From Saccharicrinis sp. UBA6048 (GTDB taxonomy: Bacteria; Bacteroidota; Bacteroidia; Bacteroidales; Marinilabiliaceae), in the NCBI GenBank assembly GCA_002429115.1, contig DIYS01000015.1, positions 1-32,000 of the forward strand: 32,000 bases of DNA, written 5' to 3'. The notes under the pieces are model-generated. The model did no database searches. It was not told the DNA's origin and worked only from the letters and a program-made list of their open reading frames with translations. The position numbers and the translations under genes were made by a program. Of this stretch, positions 1 through 13,220 are shown piece by piece (position 1 is the first letter of the stretch; every line of letters starts with the position of its first letter).

Positions 1-1900
1 CATCCGCTGAAAGTAAAGTATTATAGAATCCTGCCGCTCTGGTCATATCACGTGGCACACATACATAAACCCCACGGATTGAATTAATAACCATGCTCAA
101 TGGCGAGCCACTGTGCCAGATTCCTTCCAGTCGATGCCCTCTTGTGCGTACAATAACTGGCGCTTTTTGCCCATTTTTAGTGCGGTAGCGTGTGGTTGCC
201 AGGTCATCACTCATAGTTTGAAGTGCATACAAGAGGTAGTCGAAATATTGAATCTCAGCAATCGGACGTAATCCTCGTAAGGCCAAACCTATTCCTTTTC
301 CTAATATCGTTGTCTCACGTATTCCGGTATCACGCACACGAAGGTCGCCGTACTTTTCCTGCATACCCTCAAGTGTCTGGTTAACGCCTCCAAGGTAGCC
401 GGTGTCTTCACCAAATGTTACCACTTTAGGGTTATTGGCAAATATGTGATCAAAGTTATCGCGTAAAATTTCACGACCCGGAACCGTTTTTGAATTATCA
501 TCAAACAATGGAAGCTCTTCTGCCACCTTAAGGGCTGAGTTATCGTCCTCGGCATACAACCATTTACTGTAATTTTCCCAACCTTTTTCCTGGTATACTT
601 TCACCCATGCCTTGAGGCGTGATTTCATACTATTGGGCTTCTCACAAGCTGCGCAATAATGACGAAGCACCTGACGAGCAGCGCTCAATATTTCTTTCCT
701 GCCTAGTGATAATGAAGATTTCAGGCTATTGACGATACCATCAATTTTATCCTGTTTAATATCACTACACAAACATTCTTTTTGCGTAATAATGGCCAAC
801 AGTTCGTCACGCTCAGCTTTAAAGGCATCAGTGTAATCTTTAAACGCTTCCTTTTGCGCAGCCTTTACCTCAACAGCAGCTTCATCTTCAATTGCATCCA
901 ATTCAGAAGCATCAGCCAGATTGCTACTGATAAGCCATTGTCGCATTTGTGCAATACAATCATACTCATTTTCCCATTCCAATCGCTCACTGTTTTTATA
1001 TCGTTCGTGCGATCCACTGGTTGAGTGACCAATTGGTTGCGTCAGCTCCTCAATATGAAATAATACAGGCACATGTTCTTCCCTGCATCGTTTAATACCT
1101 TCTTCATACATCTGGCAAAGACCCGCATAATCCCAACCTTTGCCTTTGTATATTAGCATCCCGGTTTTGTCGCGAGCGCCTTTTTCAAAGCCTTTCAATG
1201 CTTTACTTATGCTCTCCTTAGTGGTCTGAAACTTTTTTGGTACAGAAATACCGTAGCCATCATCCCACACGGATACCGCCAACGGAATTTGTAATACCCC
1301 GGCGGCATTTAAGGTTTCAAAAAAATGCCCCTCTGATGTACTGGCATCTCCAATGGTTCCAAAGGCTACTTCGTTACCTTTTCGGCTAAATTGCTCATAC
1401 TGGTGTAATTCTGAATTATTTCGATAAAGTTTGGATGCCATGGCTAATCCTACTAAACGAGGCATCTGACCGGCTGTAGGTGAAATATCAGATGAGGTAC
1501 ATTTCATATCGGCCAGATTTTTCCAGTTGCCAGCCTCATCAATCAGGCGTGTACCAAAATGGTTATTGAATGAGCGTCCGCCATTATCCGGGTTAAGCTC
1601 TGTACGCGTTTCGCCATATAATTGTGCAAAAAACTCTTTGGGCGTCATCATGCCTGCAGCCAAAATAAAGGTTTGATCACGGTAATAACCTGATCGCCAA
1701 TCTCCATTTTTAAACTGCTTGGCCATTGCTATTTGAGGGATTTCTTTTCCATCGCCAAAAATTCCAAACTTTGCCTTTCCTCCTAACACTTCTTTACGAG
1801 CCATTAAACTCATATTTCTGCTCACACAGGCAATCCTATAATCGGCAATTACTTCTTTTTTAAACTCAGCAAAGCTGAGCTCGCTTTCATTTAAAGACAT
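1..1900 (-). CDS. 2-oxoacid (2-oxoisovalerate/branched-chain type) dehydrogenase E1, fused alpha-beta, 3' end beyond left edge
   Basis: Not in the supplied ORF track. The reverse complement from ATG at 1900 reads MSLNESELSFAEFKKEVIADYRIACVSRNMSLMARKEVLGGKAKFGIFGDGKEIPQIAMAKQFKNGDWRSGYYRDQTFILAAG and includes a ThDP-type stretch GTIGDASTSEGHFFETLNAAGVLQIPLAVSVWDDGYGIS. At the window edge the same frame reads VPRDMTRAAGFYNTLLSAD, as expected for the beta part. Confidence 0.88.
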   Translation of the reverse strand, partial: MSLNESELSFAEFKKEVIADYRIACVSRNMSLMARKEVLGGKAKFGIFGDGKEIPQIAMAKQFKNGDWRSGYYRDQTFILAAGMMTPKEFFAQLYGETRTELNPDNGGRSFNNHFGTRLIDEAGNWKNLADMKCTSSDISPTAGQMPRLVGLAMASKLYRNNSELHQYEQFSRKGNEVAFGTIGDASTSEGHFFETLNAAGVLQIPLAVSVWDDGYGISVPKKFQTTKESISKALKGFEKGARDKTGMLIYKGKGWDYAGLCQMYEEGIKRCREEHVPVLFHIEELTQPIGHSTSGSHERYKNSERLEWENEYDCIAQMRQWLISSNLADASELDAIEDEAAVEVKAAQKEAFKDYTDAFKAERDELLAIITQKECLCSDIKQDKIDGIVNSLKSSLSLGRKEILSAARQVLRHYCAACEKPNSMKSRLKAWVKVYQEKGWENYSKWLYAEDDNSALKVAEELPLFDDNSKTVPGREILRDNFDHIFANNPKVVTFGEDTGYLGGVNQTLEGMQEKYGDLRVRDTGIRETTILGKGIGLALRGLRPIAEIQYFDYLLYALQTMSDDLATTRYRTKNGQKAPVIVRTRGHRLEGIWHSGSPLSMVINSIRGVYVCVPRDMTRAAGFYNTLLSAD

Positions 1901-2110
1901 ATAAATGTGTTTAACTTTTTTAGTTGCTAGGCACAAATTTACTAAGAATGTGCCATTATCAATCGGGCAACTATCAAACATATAAGAAACACCTTTTGTT
2001 TGGTGAGAATGTACTTTTAGAAAATAAAGAGCTCTTTATCTTATTATTACTTGTGTGATTAGCTTACTTATTGATATCGTTAATTTTTTGATCGACATTT
2101 ATAACAAACA

Positions 2111-2782
2111 TTGTATCATATGAGCCATGAGTTTTATAATTCTGTTGAGTCGGAATTGAATTTCTATAAGCAATTACTAAATAAACTACCTGCATCGGTT
2201 CATATACTTGAGGTCAATGATAATTACGAAACTATGCTGCGATGGGCTACTGATAACTATGTGAATTTCACAGGCATTTCATTGAACGAGCGTGCTGAAC
2301 TAGGTTTTGCCAATCCATACGATTATTATCATCCGGACGACGCCGAATCGGTTATAAAAGGCACCAGGTATATCATAGAAGGTCAAGGTGAAGAAGCCTC
2401 CTTCTTTTGCCGAATGCTCAATGAGTATCAGTCTGGTTGGGTGTTTATTAAGATCAAACCGTTTAAGACTGTCGACTCCAGAAAATTTATTATTTGTCTG
2501 GCTTTTCCAACTAAGGATGAAAACAAATTTGCCAGCCATAAATTTGACACCTATGTGCAGGAGATTGCCCGGTTGAAAAACCAGATTAAAATTAATAAGT
2601 TGTCAAAAACGGAGTGTCACGTATTCAAACTCTTAGCACAAGGTTTAAGTACGAAGGAAGTAGCTACAAAACTTAACCGTAGCTTTAACACAATTAATAA
2701 CCATCGGCGCTCAATATTTAACAAGCTGGGTATCCACAAGATATCCGAGGCTGTAGCACTGGCAAAAGAATGTGGCATATAA
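2111..2782 (+). CDS. LuxR-family HTH transcriptional regulator with N-terminal PAS-like domain (copy 1)
   Basis: C-terminal LSKTECHVFKLLAQGLSTKEVATKLNRSFNTINNHRRSIFNKLGI is a typical GerE/LuxR HTH. The N-terminus has a PAS-like pattern. Confidence 0.85.
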   Translation: MYHMSHEFYNSVESELNFYKQLLNKLPASVHILEVNDNYETMLRWATDNYVNFTGISLNERAELGFANPYDYYHPDDAESVIKGTRYIIEGQGEEASFFCRMLNEYQSGWVFIKIKPFKTVDSRKFIICLAFPTKDENKFASHKFDTYVQEIARLKNQIKINKLSKTECHVFKLLAQGLSTKEVATKLNRSFNTINNHRRSIFNKLGIHKISEAVALAKECGI

Positions 2783-2794
2783 TCGCTGTGAATT

Positions 2795-3448
2795 ATGTAT
2801 CAAATAAAATCCGATCAAGACTTTTATCTCAAGCTATTAAATACGCTTCCTGCATCCATACATGTGTTGGAAATAAACAATCAGCTTGATGCGTCAGTTA
2901 TTTGGGCCAATAAGAATTATGAAGAAACCACCGGCATAACGCTTAGCGAAAGGGAAAAAATTGGCTTTCTGGATCAATCAAATGTTTTTAATAAAGATGA
3001 TAGTAAAGAGATAAAAGCAGCTTTTCGTCGTTTTATCAATAATGAGCATAAAAAAGAATCAATTATTGCCCGTTTTAAGGTGAGTTTCACAGATGAAAAA
3101 TGGTGCTATATCAGATCTCAGAAAATAGATCTGATACCTGGAAAAACCCATATTATCAGTATCCTGTTTACACTCGAAGATGGGCTGGTGGTTAATCCGA
3201 ATAAGCTGGACTACTATATTAACGAAAACAAAAGACTGCGAAATCAACTCAAACTCTCATCACTGACCAAAGCAGAAAAAAACGTGTTGCACCTATTGGG
3301 CAAAGGATTATCTACAAAAGAGACTGCCAATTACTTATGTCGAAGTTTTAATACGATTAATAATCATCGTCGATCAATATTTGTCAAACTGAATTTCCAC
3401 AAAATATCGGAATTAGTTGCATTCACAAAAGATGTGGGTTTAGTATAA
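2795..3448 (+). CDS. LuxR-family HTH transcriptional regulator with N-terminal PAS-like domain (copy 2, tandem paralogue)
   Basis: C-terminal LTKAEKNVLHLLGKGLSTKETANYLCRSFNTINNHRRSIFVKLNFHKISELVAFTKDVG. N-terminal LLNTLPASIHVLEINN is parallel to LLNKLPASVHILEVND of the upstream gene. Confidence 0.85.
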   Translation: MYQIKSDQDFYLKLLNTLPASIHVLEINNQLDASVIWANKNYEETTGITLSEREKIGFLDQSNVFNKDDSKEIKAAFRRFINNEHKKESIIARFKVSFTDEKWCYIRSQKIDLIPGKTHIISILFTLEDGLVVNPNKLDYYINENKRLRNQLKLSSLTKAEKNVLHLLGKGLSTKETANYLCRSFNTINNHRRSIFVKLNFHKISELVAFTKDVGLV

Positions 3449-3754
3449 GCTATACTGAATATCCTAACCTGGACACGCCAGAAAAGTATCAAGAATCAAG
3501 ATTTAAGTATCAAGACTATTTACAAGATGCAAACAATATTCTGCCAAATTAAACACTGCTTGCCCCGAGTTTCTCGGGGAATATCATTGATAAGATACTA
3601 ATACATACATTTCCCGATTTATTGATCTTTTATTCCTAAAATGACATATTTGTGTCATTGATCAATTTTCTATCCACCACTAATTTTGCTCAAAGATGTT
3701 ACAAACCTATGAGTAGATAGACTAATAATGTGGTGATTATGAAAATTTGAGCAG

Positions 3755-5083
3755 ATGAAATATTCCATCCTAATTTTATTGCTGGTTGTAAGCATAAGTA
3801 TGCGATCGCAGGAGCCTATTTTAAGCATGATGAAGATGGTTCCCCAAGTGCAGCGGATAAATCCGGCCCTCTACAATGATAGTTTGAATTACATTAGTCT
3901 TCCGGGAATCAGTAATTTCAATTTTGAGCTTGAAGCACAAGGTCTCAAACTCAACGATGTAAGCAATAGTTTGTATGATAATGATGATGCCGCAGCCATT
4001 TGGGATGATTTAGCGGAATCGCTTAGTAGTAATAATTCAATCGCCTTTAATGCCAAAACAACCATTTTAGGCTTAGGAATTAAAATTAAAAATGGGTTTT
4101 TCTCGTTTGAAGCTATCCACAGAACATCTGGTCAGATTCAGTTCTCCAATTCCTTTGCCGACTTACGGTATATCCAGTCTGATTTTGTTATTCCTTCCGG
4201 AGAAATTAATAGTCAACCAGAACTAGAAATCGATGCATTAAGCTACAACGAATACAAGTTTGGCTACGCACACCAAATAACTCCTAAACTAAGAGTTGGC
4301 GCTTCTTTTAAATTCTTAAGTGGCATCAGCTATGTTGATTCAGAAGACATGGGTATTGACATTCAATACAATGAAGAGACAGGAGGTCTTATACAGACCA
4401 AAGGTCAGTTGGCCATCTCTGGTCCTTTTGATTATAGTCATAATAATAACCATAGTGTCAATGACATTTCATTCAAAAACAATCTATCGGTTAATGACCT
4501 GCTCATAACCAACAATACAGGATTAGCGTTTGATTTTGGCGCTAATTACGACATCACTGATAAACTAAACATCAATGTGGCCATCACTGAAATCGGATCT
4601 ATCAAATGGAAATCGTATAACTTATACGAATCGAACCAGACGTTTGTATTGGATCAAAACACAGTACTACAAGGAACTAATATGGGAAGTTTTATGGCCG
4701 ACTCATTGAGTAAAGCCCTTGAACTTAAAGTTGAAAACACAAGTAAAAAACAAAAACTAAACACGACACTAAATACCAATATTAACTACCAATTACTAAA
4801 ATGGTTAAAACTTGGGGTTAATTACTCGTCTACATCTGTATACGATGATCGTCATAATCAGATGACGTTTATGGCTGATTTTTCTAGAAAAGAATTTTCA
4901 GCTTTCATCATCGGTTACAGCATATCCAACATTAATGGTAATTCGCTCAACCTGGGTACTTCGGCCAGGCTATTAAAAGTGATTCAATTCTATGCCTTTG
5001 CCGATAAGATGGAAAATATGTTTAAAGATAGTTCCGAAGTCTCATCATTAAGTATCAGGGGCGGAATTAATGTCGTCTTTTAG
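3755..5083 (+). CDS. DUF5723-like outer-membrane/secreted beta-barrel protein of Bacteroidetes
   Basis: 442-aa ORF with a signal-peptide-like N-terminus. PQVQRINPALYNDSLNYISLPGISNFNFELEAQGLKLNDV and the repeated amphipathic beta-strand pattern resemble this family. Confidence 0.6.
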   Translation: MKYSILILLLVVSISMRSQEPILSMMKMVPQVQRINPALYNDSLNYISLPGISNFNFELEAQGLKLNDVSNSLYDNDDAAAIWDDLAESLSSNNSIAFNAKTTILGLGIKIKNGFFSFEAIHRTSGQIQFSNSFADLRYIQSDFVIPSGEINSQPELEIDALSYNEYKFGYAHQITPKLRVGASFKFLSGISYVDSEDMGIDIQYNEETGGLIQTKGQLAISGPFDYSHNNNHSVNDISFKNNLSVNDLLITNNTGLAFDFGANYDITDKLNINVAITEIGSIKWKSYNLYESNQTFVLDQNTVLQGTNMGSFMADSLSKALELKVENTSKKQKLNTTLNTNINYQLLKWLKLGVNYSSTSVYDDRHNQMTFMADFSRKEFSAFIIGYSISNINGNSLNLGTSARLLKVIQFYAFADKMENMFKDSSEVSSLSIRGGINVVF

Positions 5084-5168
5084 AATATCAGACATACTCA
5101 ACATTCAGTCTGAGTTCGATATTATGTTTCGAATCAGGTTATTAAATAAACAAATAATACTACCAGCC

Positions 5169-5984
5169 CTATTTTTTAACCAAACCTATAACCCTAACTA
5201 ATAACTCTTTGAAATTAGAAGCATCTTCATAAAATGGAACATGACCACAGTGAGGTATTACATGCACCTCACCTCCCAAAAGCGGAATATCAATATTAGT
5301 CACCTCATCAAGATTGTAAAGAAGTTCTTTGCCGCCATAAATCATAGCAGTAGGAACCGAATTTTGATTAATCAGCTCAAACTGATCCGTATAGCTTTGA
5401 TCTTCTATTTCTTTAGCCAGGTATTCACGTGTTAAAGGATCAGATTTTATTAGTTGCTGTTTGAAATAATCATCTGGTGGAAAATCCGGTGCATACATGG
5501 CCGCATTCATCTTATCAATATCTGAAGCTGTGATATCAGGCTTGAAAAACAAAGGGAAAACCGGACTTGGTAAAAACACAGACATATTCAAGGGTTTCGA
5601 AGCAGGATATGAACAGGTTAAAACAATGCCTTTAATTTCAATCTCACATTTCAATAATTCAATGGCAATGTTACCTCCTAAGCTATGTCCAACAACTATA
5701 ACATCAGTAATTTCATTCTTTTTACAAAAGACAGCTAATTTTTTTGCTTGCTCAGATATTACATAGTCCTTTTCCGGATCGTTTGAAAAGTCAGAATCAC
5801 CATAACCTATCAGATCAGGCGCATACATCGTAAACTCTCTTTGTAATTGTGAATCATTTAATTGTTTTAAGAAGGAGTCAGAATCTAACGAGTTTCCGTG
5901 CAAAAAGAGCAAATTAGTATTTCCTTCTCCTGCTTTATAACAGGCCATTGATAAGCCATTTACTTCAACCTTGTGCTTTTCCAT
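5169..5984 (-). CDS. alpha/beta hydrolase
   Basis: LLFLHGNSLDSDSF oxyanion region, VVGHSLGGNIAIELL nucleophile elbow (GxSxG) and a C-terminal HVIPHCGHVPFYED catalytic His motif. Confidence 0.9.
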   Translation of the reverse strand: MEKHKVEVNGLSMACYKAGEGNTNLLFLHGNSLDSDSFLKQLNDSQLQREFTMYAPDLIGYGDSDFSNDPEKDYVISEQAKKLAVFCKKNEITDVIVVGHSLGGNIAIELLKCEIEIKGIVLTCSYPASKPLNMSVFLPSPVFPLFFKPDITASDIDKMNAAMYAPDFPPDDYFKQQLIKSDPLTREYLAKEIEDQSYTDQFELINQNSVPTAMIYGGKELLYNLDEVTNIDIPLLGGEVHVIPHCGHVPFYEDASNFKELLVRVIGLVKK

Positions 5985-6134
5985 CTTTCCTTATCTAAAT
6001 TACACCTAAGAGACAATCAAACTTTTCAATCTATTGCTTTGTTTTCCTATAAACCTGTTTCCAAAAATTTACGTCGAAATCAGGTTATAAACAAATTTTA
6101 GTACTTTTGTACCGAAATAAAAAAGGGAAAGCAT

Positions 6135-6377
6135 ATGTGGCCTGTATTATTATTGAGTATTGTATTAATGGGGATTGTTTTTGTACTGATGGCTATCAGA
6201 ATCATTTTACAGAAAAACGGCAAATTCCCAAACTCCCATATCGGTGGAAATAAAGCGCTTAACGAGAAGGGTATTACCTGTGCAACCACACAAGATAAGC
6301 TGGCCAGAAAAGAAGCTTTCAAGATTAAGCCCTTAAAACTGGATGGGGAATATGAGAGTAGAACAACCAGCTGCTAA
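6135..6377 (+). CDS. small single-TM membrane protein, possibly NqrM-like
   Basis: 80 aa: N-terminal TM helix (LLLSIVLMGIVFVLMAIRIIL), then NGKFPNSHIGGNKALNEKGITCATTQDKLARKEAF and a C-terminal TTSC. It lies next to apbE and near nqr. It has only two Cys, so the NqrM assignment is tentative. Confidence 0.5.
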   Translation: MWPVLLLSIVLMGIVFVLMAIRIILQKNGKFPNSHIGGNKALNEKGITCATTQDKLARKEAFKIKPLKLDGEYESRTTSC

Positions 6378-6380
6378 AAT

Positions 6381-6414
6381 AAAAGAGGATTTCCCCGAAA
6401 CGAACTCCTCTTTT
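6381..6414 (+). terminator. Rho-independent terminator-like hairpin between convergent genes
   Basis: Perfect 9-bp stem AAAAGAGGA / TCCTCTTTT (6381-6389, 6406-6414), just downstream of the stop at 6377. Confidence 0.6.
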
Positions 6415-6569
6415 ACATTCATTCTACCCAAACCCAACACTCTAATTTCATAAACAATACTTTCACTTACCACATTCATAGTCAAGCATATTGCCCTCCA
6501 TTCTAAGATGCAAGTTAAGACCGTAAAAGTGACTTGTCAAGGTGAGTTTCAGGAAGATATTCTGTGCGA

Positions 6570-7568
6570 TTACTCTATAATCGTCTGCTTAAACCCTTCA
6601 GTAAATCGAATTTCAAAAGTTTCGGCATCGCCATCTAAAATAAAGTAGGCCTCCAGATCATTATTGGCTTGGGCAATAGCCATGCTCTTTTCGTAACCAA
6701 GCACCATAAATGCAGTGGCATAAGCATCGGCTGTCATGCAATCGGGCGCCAGCACCGATACACCAAGCAGCTGATGTTCTACCGGATAACCCGTAAACGG
6801 ACTGATGGTATGCGCGTACTTTTTTCCTCCTTTGATATAAAAATTTCGATAATTACCTGAAGAGGCCAGTGCCGTATTCGAGATACCAATTATTTCCTGC
6901 AACTCACGATTTTGCACAACAGGATCATCAATTGGTTTATCAATACCAACACGCCAGTTCGTTTTCTTTTGGTTCACGCCTTTCACTCGCATCTCACCAC
7001 CAATTTCCACCATGTAATTTTCAACATTGAATGTTTCGAGCAAATCAGCCACAACATCCACAGCAAATCCTTTTGCTATGGCACTGCCATCCAGCATTAT
7101 CTCGGGTTTATTTTTCACAATGAGATCATTTTCCAGCCTTACCATATCCATTCCCACATAAGGCATTATTGAATCGATTATCGCCTGAGTAACACTATCT
7201 TTTTTCGAAAAACCAAAACCCCAGGCATTCACCAAAGGTGCCACCGTCATATCAAAAGCTCCGCCGGTAGCAGCCGTAATTTCTTTCGCCCGCTTAAATA
7301 CTTGCCGAAAATACGCATCCGTTTCGTTTGAGGTATTTCGATTAATCTTACTAATGGTTGATGTTTCCTTGTAAGTTGACATGGACCAGTCAAAGGCATT
7401 TAAGGTAGTTCGTATGGTATCAGATAAATCCTCTGCACTTTCATAAGTCATGTGGTAGATGGTACCAAAAATAAGCCCTTCTGTGCGTATGTATTCCTTC
7501 TTAGGCTGACAGGAAATTGATGAAATTATAACAAGAGCAACTAATGCAATGCGCGTATATTGTTTCAT
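6570..7568 (-). CDS. apbE: FAD:protein FMN transferase (ApbE family lipoprotein)
   Basis: Lipobox-like ISSISCQP, FGTIYHMTYES, GGAFDMTVAPLVNAWGFG, EIMLDGSAIAKGFAVDVVADLLE, MVEIGGEMRVKG, HTISPFTGYPVEH. These are ApbE hallmark motifs. Confidence 0.93.
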   Translation of the reverse strand: MKQYTRIALVALVIISSISCQPKKEYIRTEGLIFGTIYHMTYESAEDLSDTIRTTLNAFDWSMSTYKETSTISKINRNTSNETDAYFRQVFKRAKEITAATGGAFDMTVAPLVNAWGFGFSKKDSVTQAIIDSIMPYVGMDMVRLENDLIVKNKPEIMLDGSAIAKGFAVDVVADLLETFNVENYMVEIGGEMRVKGVNQKKTNWRVGIDKPIDDPVVQNRELQEIIGISNTALASSGNYRNFYIKGGKKYAHTISPFTGYPVEHQLLGVSVLAPDCMTADAYATAFMVLGYEKSMAIAQANNDLEAYFILDGDAETFEIRFTEGFKQTIIE

Positions 7569-7662
7569 TTGAGAATCTTTTTTGGCAAAGGTGAGAAATC
7601 AGGCTCTAATACCAAAATTACATTGAAGTTAGCGTTATTATTTTGGTATAATTATGAAATAG

Positions 7663-7711
7663 AAAGGATCGTATCTTTATTTGTGGGCTGCAAATAAAGA
7701 TACGATCCTTT
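7663..7711. repeat. Perfect 21-bp inverted repeat with 7-nt loop (copy 1 of a two-copy element); possible terminator of the GH2 gene
   Basis: AAAGGATCGTATCTTTATTTG (7663-7683), loop TGGGCTG, CAAATAAAGATACGATCCTTT (7691-7711). Confidence 0.85.
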
Positions 7712-7737
7712 GATTCTTAGTCTATAAAAACAAGTGA

Positions 7738-10950
<3,213 letters not shown>

Positions 10951-10978
10951 CTATTTTTTTACCAATTGATTTAATCTT

Positions 10979-12985
10979 CTAGAACAACATTAAAATATGT
11001 GCCGCACTCCAGCTAAAATGACTGGCATTAAGTCCTTCTTTGGTTAACGGATGATAGTTTTCACGGATTGGCTCCTGTGTGAATGCCAATCCTTGTGCAC
11101 TCTCAACCATCTTTTGAGCCATTTGTCGCGCTTCTGTTTCAAAGCCATAGTTATTCATACCAACAATACCAAAATACGCCTGATCGAGCCACACTGGTCC
11201 TCTCCAATAGCCTTTCTGTGGATTAAATTTCTCGTGCGCTGCACTTAGTGTTGGAAATGGCATTGGTGTATTAAATCGAGCTGGATCCATAATTACTTTC
11301 ACCACCTGGGCAGCCTGATCTGCATTGGCCACCTGATTATAAAGTGGTGCCCATCCTTCCGGCCCCTGAATGCGAATTTTGTCTTGACTTTTCAATTCGA
11401 CATCATAGAAGAAACCATCTTCCTCACAATACATCACATCCTGAATCTGTATGTTTAATAACTCTGCTTCAGCTGCATATTTCTCAGCCGTTTCTGCATC
11501 TCCCAGAATATTTGCAATTTCCTGTATGAATCTTTTTTCCTCAACCAAGTAGGCATTCAAATCAACCGACTCCTGGTTAAGCGAATAAGCGCCTTTGCTG
11601 TTTTCGATGATTTCTGCATCATCAAAGCGAACTGCATTATCCATACCACTTTCCCAAGCCGCAGCGATGCGCGTTCCATCGGTTGAACCGTATTCGCACA
11701 AGCCATTTTGATCATGATCACGATTAATGTACCACCATTCATGATACTTTAATAGTTTTGGATACAGCTCTTTTAAAAAATCGATATCCTGAGTTTCCTT
11801 GTAAACTTCGTAAATACACCATCCCGATAGGGGTGCTTTCGTATTGCGCCAGTTGACGCCTTCAATACTCAAATCACGGAAGAAACAATCGGCAATCATG
11901 CCTGATTCATTCTGATAATCGTACATGGCTCTGATCTGATCTTTAGCCAACTCTCCTTCGAATGGCGCAATGGCAACGGCATGTTTCCACGAGTCCCAGG
12001 CCCAAAGCCCCTGAAAGTATGTAGCTGAATAAGATGGAACAATACCCTGATGAAGAATATCACCAGCGGCACTTCTCCAGTTATGAACCAGCGTCAAAAG
12101 TGATTTAACAGCCAGCCTATCGTATTTTTTCACATCAAGAATTGCATCTACCGAACCCTTATTCAATCGATCTATATATCCGTTCCATCGCTTTTCATTC
12201 TCAACAAACAATTGTCCGGCATTTTGAATCAGCTGTTGTGCCTTTGCCAAATAAACCTGTGATTCTTCCTGATTAAAAGTATAAGAGAACGTAGCAGCCA
12301 TCTTATGCACTTCTGAATTGTTCAGCACCACTGCCGGCTCAAGTACCGAGTAACATGTATCAGATAATGTTATATCATTGCCTGCGAATTGCAGGTTTGC
12401 CTGCTCCTTATCATTGATATTGATCTGTAAGCCATTATCAACTGCGCGAATACCTTTTTGAACACCTTCATAGATATCACCTTTCCAGCCGAATTGAATC
12501 GTTCGTTTAGCTCCTGAATTTGTGATATCAGCTTTAATTATTGTGGTACGTTCATTGGCATTAAACAGGTAAAGATTAACATCCAAATCATACACTTTAA
12601 ACGACTGTTGCAATACACCCGGATAGAAGGTATTCTTTATATTCGTTGCACCAGACAAATCCAATAGCTTATCGTTGTCGACATCTTTTATCTGTAAACC
12701 GATAATTGAAGGACTCAACCAATAACTCTCCTGCTGACGCATTAAATACGGTCCGGCAAAACTGCCTAGTAGCGCTTTTTTATCATCTTTTTGCAAACTA
12801 AACGAATGCCAGGTGCCTAAATCTGAGAACGATGAAACGCCGTATTGGAATGGTGTTTCAATGGTACCTTTTACATCTAATACATCTGGATAGCTGTAGC
12901 GTGTTAGCTGTTCGGTTTGAACGGTTGACTTACACGAGAATAATGTTAAGACGATGAGAAATCCGGTGATCGATTTTTTAATCAT
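10979..12985 (-). CDS. Trehalase/GH63-like (YgjK/MGH1-type) (alpha/alpha)6 glycosidase, secreted
   Basis: 668 aa. FQGLWAWDSWKHAVAIAPF, WWYINRDHDQNGLCEYGSTDG, GYWRGPVWLDQAYFGIVGMNNYG. N-terminal lipobox-like VLTLFSCKS. Confidence 0.78.
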   Translation of the reverse strand: MIKKSITGFLIVLTLFSCKSTVQTEQLTRYSYPDVLDVKGTIETPFQYGVSSFSDLGTWHSFSLQKDDKKALLGSFAGPYLMRQQESYWLSPSIIGLQIKDVDNDKLLDLSGATNIKNTFYPGVLQQSFKVYDLDVNLYLFNANERTTIIKADITNSGAKRTIQFGWKGDIYEGVQKGIRAVDNGLQININDKEQANLQFAGNDITLSDTCYSVLEPAVVLNNSEVHKMAATFSYTFNQEESQVYLAKAQQLIQNAGQLFVENEKRWNGYIDRLNKGSVDAILDVKKYDRLAVKSLLTLVHNWRSAAGDILHQGIVPSYSATYFQGLWAWDSWKHAVAIAPFEGELAKDQIRAMYDYQNESGMIADCFFRDLSIEGVNWRNTKAPLSGWCIYEVYKETQDIDFLKELYPKLLKYHEWWYINRDHDQNGLCEYGSTDGTRIAAAWESGMDNAVRFDDAEIIENSKGAYSLNQESVDLNAYLVEEKRFIQEIANILGDAETAEKYAAEAELLNIQIQDVMYCEEDGFFYDVELKSQDKIRIQGPEGWAPLYNQVANADQAAQVVKVIMDPARFNTPMPFPTLSAAHEKFNPQKGYWRGPVWLDQAYFGIVGMNNYGFETEARQMAQKMVESAQGLAFTQEPIRENYHPLTKEGLNASHFSWSAAHILMLF

Positions 12986-13220
12986 AGTTGAACTGTTTGA
13001 ATATTTTTCAATTACGAAAATGCATAGCGATCAGGCAAAAACAAAAATTCTTACCTATACCCTGACTATACACGTTTAGCAAGTTCAATTAAACGCTGTT
13101 TATATGCAAGTTATGTAGAATTCGAAAGATTGTTATATGGCAAATTTAAAAGCTAATGTAGGGGTGTAACTCTACAAGATATTCGCATTTAAAGTAGAAA
13201 TGATGAAGTATTAATGGATC

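Noticed and set aside
782-1024. Small ORF 80 aa on + strand
   Set aside because: Antisense to the well-supported 2-oxoacid dehydrogenase E1 reading frame on the minus strand.
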